Of a stretch of 32,000 nucleotides of DNA, positions 1 through 8,523 are shown piece by piece (position 1 is the first letter of the stretch; every line of letters begins with the position of its first letter). The notes beneath the pieces are model-generated. The model worked only from the letters and a program-made list of their open reading frames with translations. It made no database searches and was not told the DNA's origin. The stretch covers positions 1,290,001 through 1,322,000 of the forward strand of contig OY969931.1 in the NCBI GenBank assembly GCA_963704705.1. Direction: 5' to 3'. The stretch comes from an uncultured bacterium (GTDB lineage: Bacteria > Patescibacteriota > Gracilibacteria > UBA1369 > PNNO01). Made by a program: the position numbers and the translations under genes.

Positions 1-650
1 ATTATTGCTGCAAGCCCTTGTGTTCCGACTGTTGCGATTGCAGCGCCACTAACACCGTAAGCCGGTATCGGACCATATCCCAAAATAAATAAAGGGTCCA
101 AAACCAGATTCAAAAGAACAGTTCCAAACACTATATATAACGGAGTTTTAACATCCCCAACCCCGCGCATAAGTGACTGAAAAACAAAATATGCGAACAT
201 GAAAGTTAAACCGATGAATGAAATCTGCAAATAAGAAACAGCATTTGGCAAAACATCAGCTGCCGCTCCCATAAGCCCCATAATTGGCGCTGAGACAAAA
301 TATCCAGCAACAGAACCAATAATAGAAACAATAATCATCATTAATAAAGTCTGACCCGAAACATAATCAACCTGCTCCAAATCTCCTTTCCCTTTATATT
401 GAGCAACCAAAATCGTACCAGCAATCGCGAGCCCGCCTCCAAGAGAAATAAGTAAAAATAATATCGGAAAACTCAAAGATACTGCTGCCACAGCCTCTGC
501 GCCAAGTCTTCCAACCCAAAAAGTATCAACAAGTTGATATGCGGTTTGAAGAATATTTGCAAAAACAATCGGCAGAGCAAGACCGATTAATGATTTTAAT
601 ATGGGACCGGATGTAAAATCGGGCAGTGTTTTTTGTTTAATAGAAGCCAT
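1..650 (-). CDS. MATE-family efflux transporter, N-terminal ~216 codons (3' end lies beyond the window start)
   Basis: Absent from the ORF track because no stop lies in the window. Reverse translation from the ATG (complement of 648-650) gives MASIKQKTLPDFTSGPILKSLIGLALPIVFANILQTAYQLVDTFWVGRLGAEAVAAVSLSFPILFLLISLGGGLAIAGTILVAQYKGKGD... This is the typical MATE N-terminus, followed by consecutive hydrophobic helices. Confidence 0.8.
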   Translation of the reverse strand, partial: MASIKQKTLPDFTSGPILKSLIGLALPIVFANILQTAYQLVDTFWVGRLGAEAVAAVSLSFPILFLLISLGGGLAIAGTILVAQYKGKGDLEQVDYVSGQTLLMMIIVSIIGSVAGYFVSAPIMGLMGAAADVLPNAVSYLQISFIGLTFMFAYFVFQSLMRGVGDVKTPLYIVFGTVLLNLVLDPLFILGYGPIPAYGVSGAAIATVGTQGLAAI

Positions 651-670
651 TTCGTGACATTGTTAAATAA

Positions 671-910
671 TTACTGATTTTCTTTCATTATGTTTTGAAG
701 CGATTCCAGCTTTTTCGACATCGCAGTTGTTAATTCTGCAAGTTTTGAAGGTTTTGCAAACATAATTGTTTCGTTATCCAATGAAAAAGCCAAAAGTTTT
801 TCACCTGAATTAAGGTGCATGACTTTTCGGGCTTCAACCGGAATAACAATCTGCCCTTTTTCACCTACTGTAGCGCTGCCGTAGAACTGCATAGCACAAT
901 GTCCTTTCAT
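671..910 (-). CDS. AbrB/SpoVT (MazE-like) family DNA-binding protein
   Basis: 79 aa. EKGQIVIPVEARKVMHL matches the SpoVT-AbrB swapped-hairpin core. ATG start. It ends 20 nt upstream of the MATE start on the same strand, so the two are probably co-transcribed. Confidence 0.7.
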   Translation of the reverse strand: MKGHCAMQFYGSATVGEKGQIVIPVEARKVMHLNSGEKLLAFSLDNETIMFAKPSKLAELTTAMSKKLESLQNIMKENQ

Positions 911-916
911 AATAAA

Positions 917-957
917 TAAGTTAAATCATATTTGTAGGAAAAGTATGATTTAACTTA
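917..957. promoter_or_regulatory. Perfect 14-bp inverted repeat (TAAGTTAAATCATA N13 TATGATTTAACTTA) immediately upstream of the AbrB-like gene
   Basis: Read directly: 917-930 is the exact reverse complement of 944-957. It starts 7 nt upstream of the AbrB-like start codon. It could be an operator or a hairpin. Confidence 0.3.
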
Positions 958-1136
958 CCCAAGAAGTCAAGTTCCGTCCCGGGACAATATGCTTGCAAAA
1001 CCTCGATTTACGACTTTCTTATACAAAAATTCATGCATTAAAAATACAGAACTTCAAAACGCACAATAATAATCTGTCAAATCCAGGCGATTTGGATTAC
1101 TGGTGATTATCGATTTTGAAAACAATTAAATTCTCA

Positions 1137-2165
1137 TCATCTTTGTAAACTTAAACCTGCATACTTTATTATTTCTTCAAATACTTTCTTTTCTTGCGTA
1201 TTCATTGAAGGTTTTATGTAACGTGAACCCAAATAAGTCCTGAGTTCTCGTGAAAATTCGTTAAGACATTTATTATAAGCTTCCTTAAGGTGCGTTCCTT
1301 TTGCAGTCTTGAACAACTTCAGATATTTACCCTTATTTCTGGTGTACATTATTAAAAAAGCCTCTTTAAATATTTTATTTAATGATAGAGCCTGCCCTTC
1401 CTCCGATCTCCATTCAAGTCTGAAATTAATTCTTTTAAACTCATCTCCTCCAACTTGACCCTGCATCCATTTATATAAAACTTTTTTTATTTTTTTCAAA
1501 GCATTTTTATTGGTTGGCTCACGTTCAATTTTTTTCAAATGGGCAATAAAAGGATCTTGAGTTTTAAGCTTGTTCTCAGCATTTATAATTATTTTTTTAA
1601 TTAACTCCAACTGTTTTTGAGTAATTAAACCTAATGCTCTGGCTATTTCAAATTCAGGTAACTTTTGTTTTAAAGTCTTCAGCACTTCTTGTGTAATTTC
1701 TAATTTCTTTTCGACTACATCCATCATGTATTTCATCGGATATGGATCGTCTTTATTGGCTTTTTTCAGCTTATCCAGCAAGAGTTTCACATTTTGAGTT
1801 TTTGGAGTTATATATGCAGATAATCCATTAATTATCGCCCCGTTAATATTTCTGTTAAATTCTGATTCGGATATCTTTCTTCTTCTAGCCTCTCTTACTA
1901 ATTTGTAGTTGCCAAAAGTATACATAAAAAATTTAACTTCTTTAAATAGATCATTTAATTTAGGTTGATTGTTATATCTTATTCGTAATCTTTGGAATTC
2001 AGCAGCGCTCATACGGGTTTTAAGCCAACTAATAGCGGCGCTTTTAAAGATCTGTCCTTCGGGTTTTGTTTCTATATCTTTAAATACATTAAGTACCAAA
2101 AACTTTTTTCTTGGAAAGGTCCCTGCTGTTTCTTGCCCTTTTTTTGTTTCGTGCGGAGGATTCAA
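1137..2165 (-). CDS. Hypothetical Lys-rich helical protein with an internal duplication
   Basis: 342-aa ORF with no family recognised. The track start is TTG and the first in-frame ATG is about 51 codons in, so the start is uncertain. Two related segments are visible (..AAEFQRLRIRY..LNDLFKEVKFFMYT..NYKL.. and ..GDEFKRINFRL..LNKIFKEAFLIMYT..KYLKL..). Confidence 0.55.
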   Translation of the reverse strand: MNPPHETKKGQETAGTFPRKKFLVLNVFKDIETKPEGQIFKSAAISWLKTRMSAAEFQRLRIRYNNQPKLNDLFKEVKFFMYTFGNYKLVREARRRKISESEFNRNINGAIINGLSAYITPKTQNVKLLLDKLKKANKDDPYPMKYMMDVVEKKLEITQEVLKTLKQKLPEFEIARALGLITQKQLELIKKIIINAENKLKTQDPFIAHLKKIEREPTNKNALKKIKKVLYKWMQGQVGGDEFKRINFRLEWRSEEGQALSLNKIFKEAFLIMYTRNKGKYLKLFKTAKGTHLKEAYNKCLNEFSRELRTYLGSRYIKPSMNTQEKKVFEEIIKYAGLSLQR

Positions 2166-2324
2166 TTTTATTAAGAATTAATTGTATTCATATTATTATA
2201 CGCCATTTCCCCTTTTTGGACAAACCTTATGTTTCTATGGAGCCGCAAACTTGACCTCAACTTTGCTATTTGACTAAATTTAATTTAAAATTGTGGATAT
2301 ACATCATATAACTAATTATTATTC

Positions 2325-3797
2325 ATGAATAAGGTCTTATCAAAATGCATAATGGCTCTTGCCATTTTATCTATGCTTCCTTTTACTGCTTTTGCGGGCG
2401 GATCAAGCGTAAGTATTAATGAAACCAATGTCCGGGATAAATTTTTAACTTCCGGTACCAATGATCAGCTGTTAATGAGTTTTACTGTTCAGCCGACAAG
2501 TCAGGCTGGAGGTGATTTAACTTTGAAATCGATGCAAATAACTTGTATGCCTGCGCACGGTTTAACAAATGTAAAGCTTATGCAGAACAGTACTGAAATT
2601 GATTCTTCTACTTTTGGCTTAAATCCGGGTTGGCAAAGCGTAACATTCAAACCAAATTCTTTTAAAATTCCTTATTCTGAAATCACTGAATTCCAGATTT
2701 TGGTTGATGTAAGAGAAAATACAGGTGATTTTATCAGCGCCTGTGCAATTGATAATATTGAATTTTATAGCCCGGCTTCCGACACTATTTATACTGCTTC
2801 TTCTCAAAATGATAACCTTGATGGTATCAACAGGCTTGTTTATGTTGATGATCCAAACGATGAAAATAGAATCCAGGATACACAAAGCTTCACAGCAACT
2901 TCAACATCACAAAATCTTGGTCTTGATACAACAAATAATCTGTTAATTGATTTTACTTTATTTTCTTCAAATGATCCTGAAACTTATTTAAATGATGTGT
3001 TTATATATTGTTCAAATGCATCAATAATTAAAAATGCGAACCTGCAGATAGGTTCGAAAGTTTATCCTGTTGATCGCATGAATAGTGAAGCCACATTATT
3101 GAAACGCCCTGAAAACACCCAAAATAAACGTTTTGTTTTTACGAATCTGAATGAAGTTTTGAATGCCAACGACCATATTGATTTAAAACTCTATGGAGAC
3201 ACATACAATTACTTTAGTTATCCTGAAGACAGAGTAACTTCATGTTCATTAATTGACACTTTTACAACAAAAGAGCCTGTTTTTGTTTTCAGCGACCTTA
3301 AGCCGGACCATCCGGATTACACAGCAATAACAGAGCTATATTGGGATGGCTTACTCCATGGTTACGAAGACGGCACATTCAAACCCGATCAAAACATGAC
3401 GCGTGCTGAATTTATAACTTTAGTATTTAGGTCATTGCATATTAATACAGACGGACAGGCTGTTCTAAATTGTTTTTCTGATGTAAATGGCGACTGGTAC
3501 GGAAGAGCTGTTTGCTTTGCAAAAAATGAAGGATTGATAGACGGATATCCCGATGGATCATTTAAACCCGGGAATAATATAAATAATGCGGAAGCTTTAA
3601 AAATATTACTTAAGTCACGGGAGCTTGAGGTAGGCGATGCAGGAACCGGCGAGTGGTATTCTCCTTATGTTAATAAAGCATCCGAACTAGGATTATTTGA
3701 TGAAGCAGCTTCTGACTTTTCTGCAGGTGAAATCGCAACTCGGGGAGCGATAAGCGAGTATATATACAAATTGGATAACTATTTTACCATAAAATAA
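2325..3797 (+). CDS. Secreted surface protein: two related N-terminal modules plus three C-terminal SLH (S-layer homology) domains
   Basis: Signal peptide MNKVLSKCIMALAILSMLPFTAFA. Three SLH-like repeats: FSDLKPDHPDYTAITELYWDGLLHGYEDGTFKPDQNMTRAEFITLVFRSL, FSDVNGDWYGRAVCFAKNEGLIDGYPDGSFKPGNNINNAEALKILLKS, and GEWYSPYVNKASELGLFD...ATRGAISEYIYKL. Confidence 0.85.
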   Translation: MNKVLSKCIMALAILSMLPFTAFAGGSSVSINETNVRDKFLTSGTNDQLLMSFTVQPTSQAGGDLTLKSMQITCMPAHGLTNVKLMQNSTEIDSSTFGLNPGWQSVTFKPNSFKIPYSEITEFQILVDVRENTGDFISACAIDNIEFYSPASDTIYTASSQNDNLDGINRLVYVDDPNDENRIQDTQSFTATSTSQNLGLDTTNNLLIDFTLFSSNDPETYLNDVFIYCSNASIIKNANLQIGSKVYPVDRMNSEATLLKRPENTQNKRFVFTNLNEVLNANDHIDLKLYGDTYNYFSYPEDRVTSCSLIDTFTTKEPVFVFSDLKPDHPDYTAITELYWDGLLHGYEDGTFKPDQNMTRAEFITLVFRSLHINTDGQAVLNCFSDVNGDWYGRAVCFAKNEGLIDGYPDGSFKPGNNINNAEALKILLKSRELEVGDAGTGEWYSPYVNKASELGLFDEAASDFSAGEIATRGAISEYIYKLDNYFTIK

Positions 3798-4473
3798 ACA
3801 TGGTTCTTTTACCTTCCTCTATAGTATCTTTAGATCCTGTCCAGTCATGTATAGCGTTGTCGATTGTTTCATAACTATATTTATAATCCGCACCAAAACT
3901 TGTACCGGGATCATTGGTTATAAAATTAGTTTGATCATACCCTTTAATAACAATCATATGATATGCCGGGCCGATTCCCCGATAATTCGGATTCGAAAGT
4001 AATCTGCCTGCAACAGGAATAACAACCGGATAACCAGCGGCCAAGAACATTTTGATATTTCTGATTGTAACATTCGATTCATAAAAAACCGCACCTTCAA
4101 TATCATAAAAATGTTTGCCAATTAACATTGCCTGCGTAGCATTTATATCAGGTCCATATCCTCTCGCAGTCTCCCATTCAACCATCTCGTTAATTTCTCT
4201 ATCAGCTTGATCGGCATCCAGCGGTTCATTATTGATATAATGTTTAACCATTATAATTGAAGCTTCCTCACATGCTTCCTGATAAGGCATATCCCAATTC
4301 CCATAAGGAGCCTGGGAAGTATAAGGTACATCCAGGTTAATTTCACGCGGAAGATCAATAGCTTCCAGTTGCTGCTGGTCCAACTGAATAATAAAATCAG
4401 AACATGCCGTAGTTACAAAGACAATAATAAATAAAATAACGGAAATTCTAAATTTTGATGCAATTCCCAGCAT
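3784..4473 (-). CDS. Lipoprotein with a peptidase C39-like (papain-fold cysteine peptidase) domain
   Basis: The ATG at 4473 gives MLGIASKFRISVILFIIVFVTTAC (lipobox-like TTAC); the track start at 4479 is GTG. VPYTSQAPYGNWDMPYQEACEEASIIM and AYHMIVIKGYD resemble the Cys and His motifs of C39-like peptidases. The 3' end overlaps the convergent SLH gene by 14 nt. Confidence 0.6.
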   Translation of the reverse strand: MLGIASKFRISVILFIIVFVTTACSDFIIQLDQQQLEAIDLPREINLDVPYTSQAPYGNWDMPYQEACEEASIIMVKHYINNEPLDADQADREINEMVEWETARGYGPDINATQAMLIGKHFYDIEGAVFYESNVTIRNIKMFLAAGYPVVIPVAGRLLSNPNYRGIGPAYHMIVIKGYDQTNFITNDPGTSFGADYKYSYETIDNAIHDWTGSKDTIEEGKRTMFILW

Positions 4474-4665
4474 AAGCACATTGCTAAAAAGTAATGCCAG
4501 TGTACATTATTTTAACAATTTTTTGTATTTTGTTTATTGCTATTCAATGTTTAAAAATATCCTGGCGATGCAGTTGCACTAAAAGGACAGGCAATTGTTA
4601 GCAGGTGGGTGTTGACAAAAAGCGTTAAACAACTTAATATCTTCTCCTTACATTACAACTTACAA

Positions 4666-5574
4666 ATGTCAAAAGAAGAAGAAACTAAAACAACTCAGAT
4701 TCGGGCAATGGTGAGCGAAGCAGAAGAAACAGGTTTAATAGAGGAAGAGTCTATTGCCGCTCTTAGAGTGGAAAATCTTCAAATTCAAGAAAGAATTGCG
4801 TATCAAAGGAAATTGCAAGCAGAAAATTTGATTTCTAAAGAAGTGATGGAAGAACGCATCAAAGCGATAGAGCAAGAAATCAAAGATAAGGTAACGGCTT
4901 TAGGTCTTGATATGTCCATATTGATAGATGAAGATTTATCATCATTAAAAAGTGCTCTTCGTCACAATGCTCAGACATCTGTTCATTCAGTAAGACTATT
5001 TCTTAGAGGCAAAACTTCAATGCTACTTGAAGATGGAAAACTTGCAACTTTAGATGTTTTTACCAACGAAGAAATACAAAAACTTTTAGGGGAAAGTCCT
5101 GAAAGGTTTAAATCGTTGATTGCCGCTGCAAAAAGACCTCAATACGATGGACCGTTAAAAAAATTGTTGCCGGAAGATTTACAAAGACTCGAGAAATTGG
5201 CCAATTCAGATTGGCGAATTCCTCGAAATATTAATGAATTGTTATATGCATTAGTAACCACATTCAATAAATGTTTTAAAGGAAATATTATTCAAAAAAT
5301 ATATGAATTCTCAGAAATTATTAATGGAAGAAAAGAAAAATTTGTCGGCGAGATATGCAAATCAACCAATAGGGCAACCCCTGAACAAATAACTGCTTAT
5401 TGTGAAGAAAATAGACGTGAATTTATGGATTGGATTCATAAATATATTGATGAAGAAACAAATCAAACCCCGGCAAGACTGAATTTTTTAAGAGAGCTGT
5501 TAGAAATTGTTGCTTCCTGTGATTATAGCAACCCTGAAGCGCTGGATAGTATTTACACCAGGATAAATACATAA
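4666..5574 (+). CDS. Hypothetical Glu/Lys-rich, coiled-coil-like protein
   Basis: The ORF track gives 4609..5574 with a GTG start; the first ATG at 4666 (MSKEEETK...) seems more plausible. No family recognised. Confidence 0.55.
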   Translation: MSKEEETKTTQIRAMVSEAEETGLIEEESIAALRVENLQIQERIAYQRKLQAENLISKEVMEERIKAIEQEIKDKVTALGLDMSILIDEDLSSLKSALRHNAQTSVHSVRLFLRGKTSMLLEDGKLATLDVFTNEEIQKLLGESPERFKSLIAAAKRPQYDGPLKKLLPEDLQRLEKLANSDWRIPRNINELLYALVTTFNKCFKGNIIQKIYEFSEIINGRKEKFVGEICKSTNRATPEQITAYCEENRREFMDWIHKYIDEETNQTPARLNFLRELLEIVASCDYSNPEALDSIYTRINT

Positions 5575-5627
5575 AAAATAGCTGATATGATAAACTTTGA
5601 AATAGAAATTTCTTAATCCATTAAATT

Positions 5628-6152
5628 ATGAGAAATCGCCTTACACATTTCGGAATCGGATTTATTCTGATTTTTGCTTTGGCTGGCATAACTTATGCGG
5701 CAGCCCAAATTACTTTTTCAGATGTAGACCCTAATGCGTGGTATGCAGACGGAGTAAGTTATGCCAGCAATAAAGGATTAATGACTGGTTACAGTGATGG
5801 AACTTTTGGCCCTGAAAATCCTGTGTTACGAGGAGAACTCGCTACAATCCTGCAACGATTTGATGAACGAACTTTAGCCTCTCAAACTGCAAATTTCACA
5901 AATGTACTTTGCGATCTTGGTAAAAGAGTGAAATTATATGAAGACCCTGCAACAAAACAAATCTTATATGGTGTTGGAGATTTTTCATCAGGAATAGTTG
6001 AAACCACTCGCATATATAATACGGCAGGCGAAAAAGTAGGAAGCATAATCCCTTCTGATGTAGAAGGTGAAGCAGATTCATGTACACTTAATGATGGGTA
6101 TGATTGTGCAACTTTTAAGGCAGTTATCTGTGAAGGTATTGAATCACTCTAA
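5628..6152 (+). CDS. Secreted protein with one N-terminal SLH domain
   Basis: Signal peptide MRNRLTHFGIGFILIFALAGITYAAA followed by FSDVDPNAWYADGVSYASNKGLMTGYSDGTFGPENPVLRGELATILQRF (SLH consensus). The C-terminal half contains 4 Cys. Confidence 0.8.
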   Translation: MRNRLTHFGIGFILIFALAGITYAAAQITFSDVDPNAWYADGVSYASNKGLMTGYSDGTFGPENPVLRGELATILQRFDERTLASQTANFTNVLCDLGKRVKLYEDPATKQILYGVGDFSSGIVETTRIYNTAGEKVGSIIPSDVEGEADSCTLNDGYDCATFKAVICEGIESL

Positions 6153-6375
6153 GCTAAAACAGTGAGTACGACGAAGTGTTGATTACAGCAAAAAAAATCT
6201 TTTCTGCAGGAATAGTGGCTATTTTGATGTTATCAAAACCATGAATAATGTTGATAAAGATCCAATCCCACCCGAAGTTGTTCAAATGAAATCTACACAA
6301 ATGAAGAATGGGTGGAATTGCCACAAGTACACATTTGTGGTATAATTATAGTAAATAAAATAAAACCAATTCTAA

Positions 6376-6672
6376 ATGAAGAAAGGCATGGAAAAAGGCT
6401 CAAAACAAGCTTCCCTGAAAGAGATGGCAAATATTAATGCTCCAAAGCTCTTAAAAGAAACTTTAAAAAATTTTAATGAGAAATTAAAATCAAAAGGTGG
6501 ATTTTTTGAAATTAAATATAATATAGAATTAATAAAACAAAAAATAAATACTTTAAATATAAAAGAAAAAAAAGCTTTCAAAGAATTAATCAAGCGTTTT
6601 ATTCAATTTTCAATTAATCAAAGATTAAAAACTGTTAATTCGCAAAATAATATTTCATCAAAATTAGTATGA
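6376..6672 (+). CDS. Hypothetical Lys-rich small protein
   Basis: 98-aa ORF with ATG start. Its stop overlaps the next start (ATGA at 6669-6672), suggesting translational coupling. No family recognised. Confidence 0.45.
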   Translation: MKKGMEKGSKQASLKEMANINAPKLLKETLKNFNEKLKSKGGFFEIKYNIELIKQKINTLNIKEKKAFKELIKRFIQFSINQRLKTVNSQNNISSKLV

Positions 6673-6860
6673 AGGTTGGATATAGTGTTCAAGAATTAGG
6701 AAAACTGCGAAAATATTTTACTCCCCAACAAGAACTTGAATTCCAAAAAGGGATGAAAAAATATATTGAATCAATTCAAACAAAGCTAAAAAAAGAAGAA
6801 GCTGCTTTCAAAAATTTAAATCCTACCAGGTTACTAGATGGACAAATAAAAAAGCATTAA
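6669..6860 (+). CDS. Hypothetical small protein
   Basis: 63-aa ORF coupled to the upstream ORF by an ATGA overlap. Confidence 0.4.
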   Translation: MKVGYSVQELGKLRKYFTPQQELEFQKGMKKYIESIQTKLKKEEAAFKNLNPTRLLDGQIKKH

Positions 6861-6888
6861 ATTCGAATTTAGAGAGATAACTTCCCCT

Positions 6889-7734
6889 TTGAAACTTATT
6901 TATAAATACCTACCTCCGGAATATTATAATGCAAAGGTTAAACCTTACTTTGACAGAATGCTGCAGCATCATATCACACTAAATGAAAAAGAATTTAACA
7001 GGATTAAGGGAAAGAAAGATTTTGGGTCTTTACACAAATTGCTTTATTTAATAAAAATTGGCTCAATGTTTAATGAAGAGGTTTGTTCTAAAGCAGTTTT
7101 TGATAAATACACTATGCTGAGAGAAAAAATAATTCATTATGTCGAAACAAATGTTCCAATGAATTTTATAAAAAGTCACTTAGCATCAATTAAAGATCAT
7201 ATGATAAATGTGCGTAATAAAGTTGGAAAACCATTTGGAATTGAATTAGATAATACCGAAGGAGTTAAAAAAATAAATGTTAAATATTATATAAATATTG
7301 AAGGAAAACATTGGCAAATTACACAAATAAACCTCGGAGATAAGCATGAATCTGTTGGGACCGTCATCTTTTCATTAGTTGATAATAAAACAAATAAAAA
7401 AATTAGCTGTTCCGTAAAGTATTCAAATTTATATACTAAATATGGAAGAAGAGATAAAAGTGGAAAATTTAATTCCAAATTTCGTTTAGATACTGCTTTA
7501 ATTAAAAAAAGAATGGCTAAAGCATATATAAATTTTTCAAAACATGAGAAAAATCAGGCAGTATTAAGAAAATTCGATCTACCTGAAGATAAACCAATTG
7601 GTTATATATCACTTTTCCCTTCAAAACCAGATTATGTAATTGATAATAATCAGGAATATTCAATTTATTTTGCCAGATTACTCAAATCACTCGGTTATCA
7701 GCTTGATTTATCTGCAATGAATGCAGACATTTGA
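6889..7734 (+). CDS. Hypothetical protein
   Basis: 281-aa ORF. The track start is TTG and the first ATG is at 6958, so the start is uncertain. No family recognised. Confidence 0.55.
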   Translation: MKLIYKYLPPEYYNAKVKPYFDRMLQHHITLNEKEFNRIKGKKDFGSLHKLLYLIKIGSMFNEEVCSKAVFDKYTMLREKIIHYVETNVPMNFIKSHLASIKDHMINVRNKVGKPFGIELDNTEGVKKINVKYYINIEGKHWQITQINLGDKHESVGTVIFSLVDNKTNKKISCSVKYSNLYTKYGRRDKSGKFNSKFRLDTALIKKRMAKAYINFSKHEKNQAVLRKFDLPEDKPIGYISLFPSKPDYVIDNNQEYSIYFARLLKSLGYQLDLSAMNADI

Positions 7735-7875
7735 TGAACCTGAAAACCGAAAAAGTTATCAGAAAATGAAATTAGCCAAATTATATAAAAAAGGAATACG
7801 CAATTTTTATCTTGATTTTAACGCACATGGATTACCAAAGGGTAAAAGTTAGGAGAAAATATTAATTCAGAATTT

Positions 7876-8274
7876 TTGCTTACTTTAATGAAACCATATA
7901 TGGATAAAGGATGTATTTTTACTTTAACAAGTTTGGCTTGTCATGGGGGTGGTTTAAGACCCGGTATTTTAGCCTTTGTTAAGAAAAATCCGAAATATAG
8001 AAAGAATATAAATTTATTTTTACGTTCAAAACCTACGGCTTTAAATTATGAAGCGGAAGTAAGAAGGCCCAAAACAAATACCGTATATGCCGATTATTAC
8101 TCGTTGTATTTCTCAAACTTTTTAATGCAAGGCATGAATTATGGGGAAGCTTCTTATAGAGCAGATCTTGCTGCACTACAAATGTCTGGAGTAGATGCCG
8201 AAGCAGTAGTTGATGGTTCATTGATTGCAAAAAAGAAAAATCCAAAAAGAAAACCAACAGCAGCTGAAGCTTAA
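7876..8274 (+). CDS. Hypothetical protein ending 2 nt before repeat R1
   Basis: 132-aa ORF with a TTG start in the track; an alternative ATG lies at 7888 (MKPYMDKG...). The basic C-terminus is KKKNPKRKPTAAEA. Confidence 0.45.
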   Translation: MLTLMKPYMDKGCIFTLTSLACHGGGLRPGILAFVKKNPKYRKNINLFLRSKPTALNYEAEVRRPKTNTVYADYYSLYFSNFLMQGMNYGEASYRADLAALQMSGVDAEAVVDGSLIAKKKNPKRKPTAAEA

Positions 8275-8275
8275 A

Positions 8276-8490
8276 TGGAGCCGTCATCGGGAATTGGCAC
8301 TCATCGTACTTAATCATCCGACTCACTTCGTTCATCGCATGCTTAAGCAACCCGGGACCCCTCCCTTACCATGTATAGTTGATGTTTATTGAAGGGCGTT
8401 TTTCGCTACAGATAGCCGTTTAGTTGGTGAGCGAGTTTGGTTGTGTAAGTTGTGCTAGAGGGGCACACCCAGTGCAGATATTATAGCACA
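8276..8490. repeat. R1: tRNA-Thr 3'-half-derived direct repeat
   Basis: Composition: TGGAGCCGTCA, then TCGGGAATTG, then a 52-nt insert (8297-8348), then AACCCGGGACCCCTCCCTTACCATG, then about 130 nt shared with R2. Positions 8304-8412 match 9813-9921 at 108/109 by my reading. Confidence 0.8.
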
Positions 8491-8523
8491 TTATATGATA
8501 TAATTTCGTTAAGAAATCATTGT

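Noticed and set aside
961-990. TCAAGTTCCGTCCCGGGAC as another tRNA-Thr T-arm relic or att site
   Set aside because: Only the short palindrome GTCCCGGGAC and TCAAGT are shared. The order does not match the tRNA and there is no acceptor-end sequence, so it is probably chance.
1969-2181. Two overlapping + strand ORFs (70 and 60 aa)
   Set aside because: They are antisense to the 342-aa ORF and their composition reflects the complement of Lys-rich codons.
8033-8350. 105-aa minus-strand ORF
   Set aside because: It is antisense to the 7876-8274 ORF and runs into repeat R1. It has no coding features.
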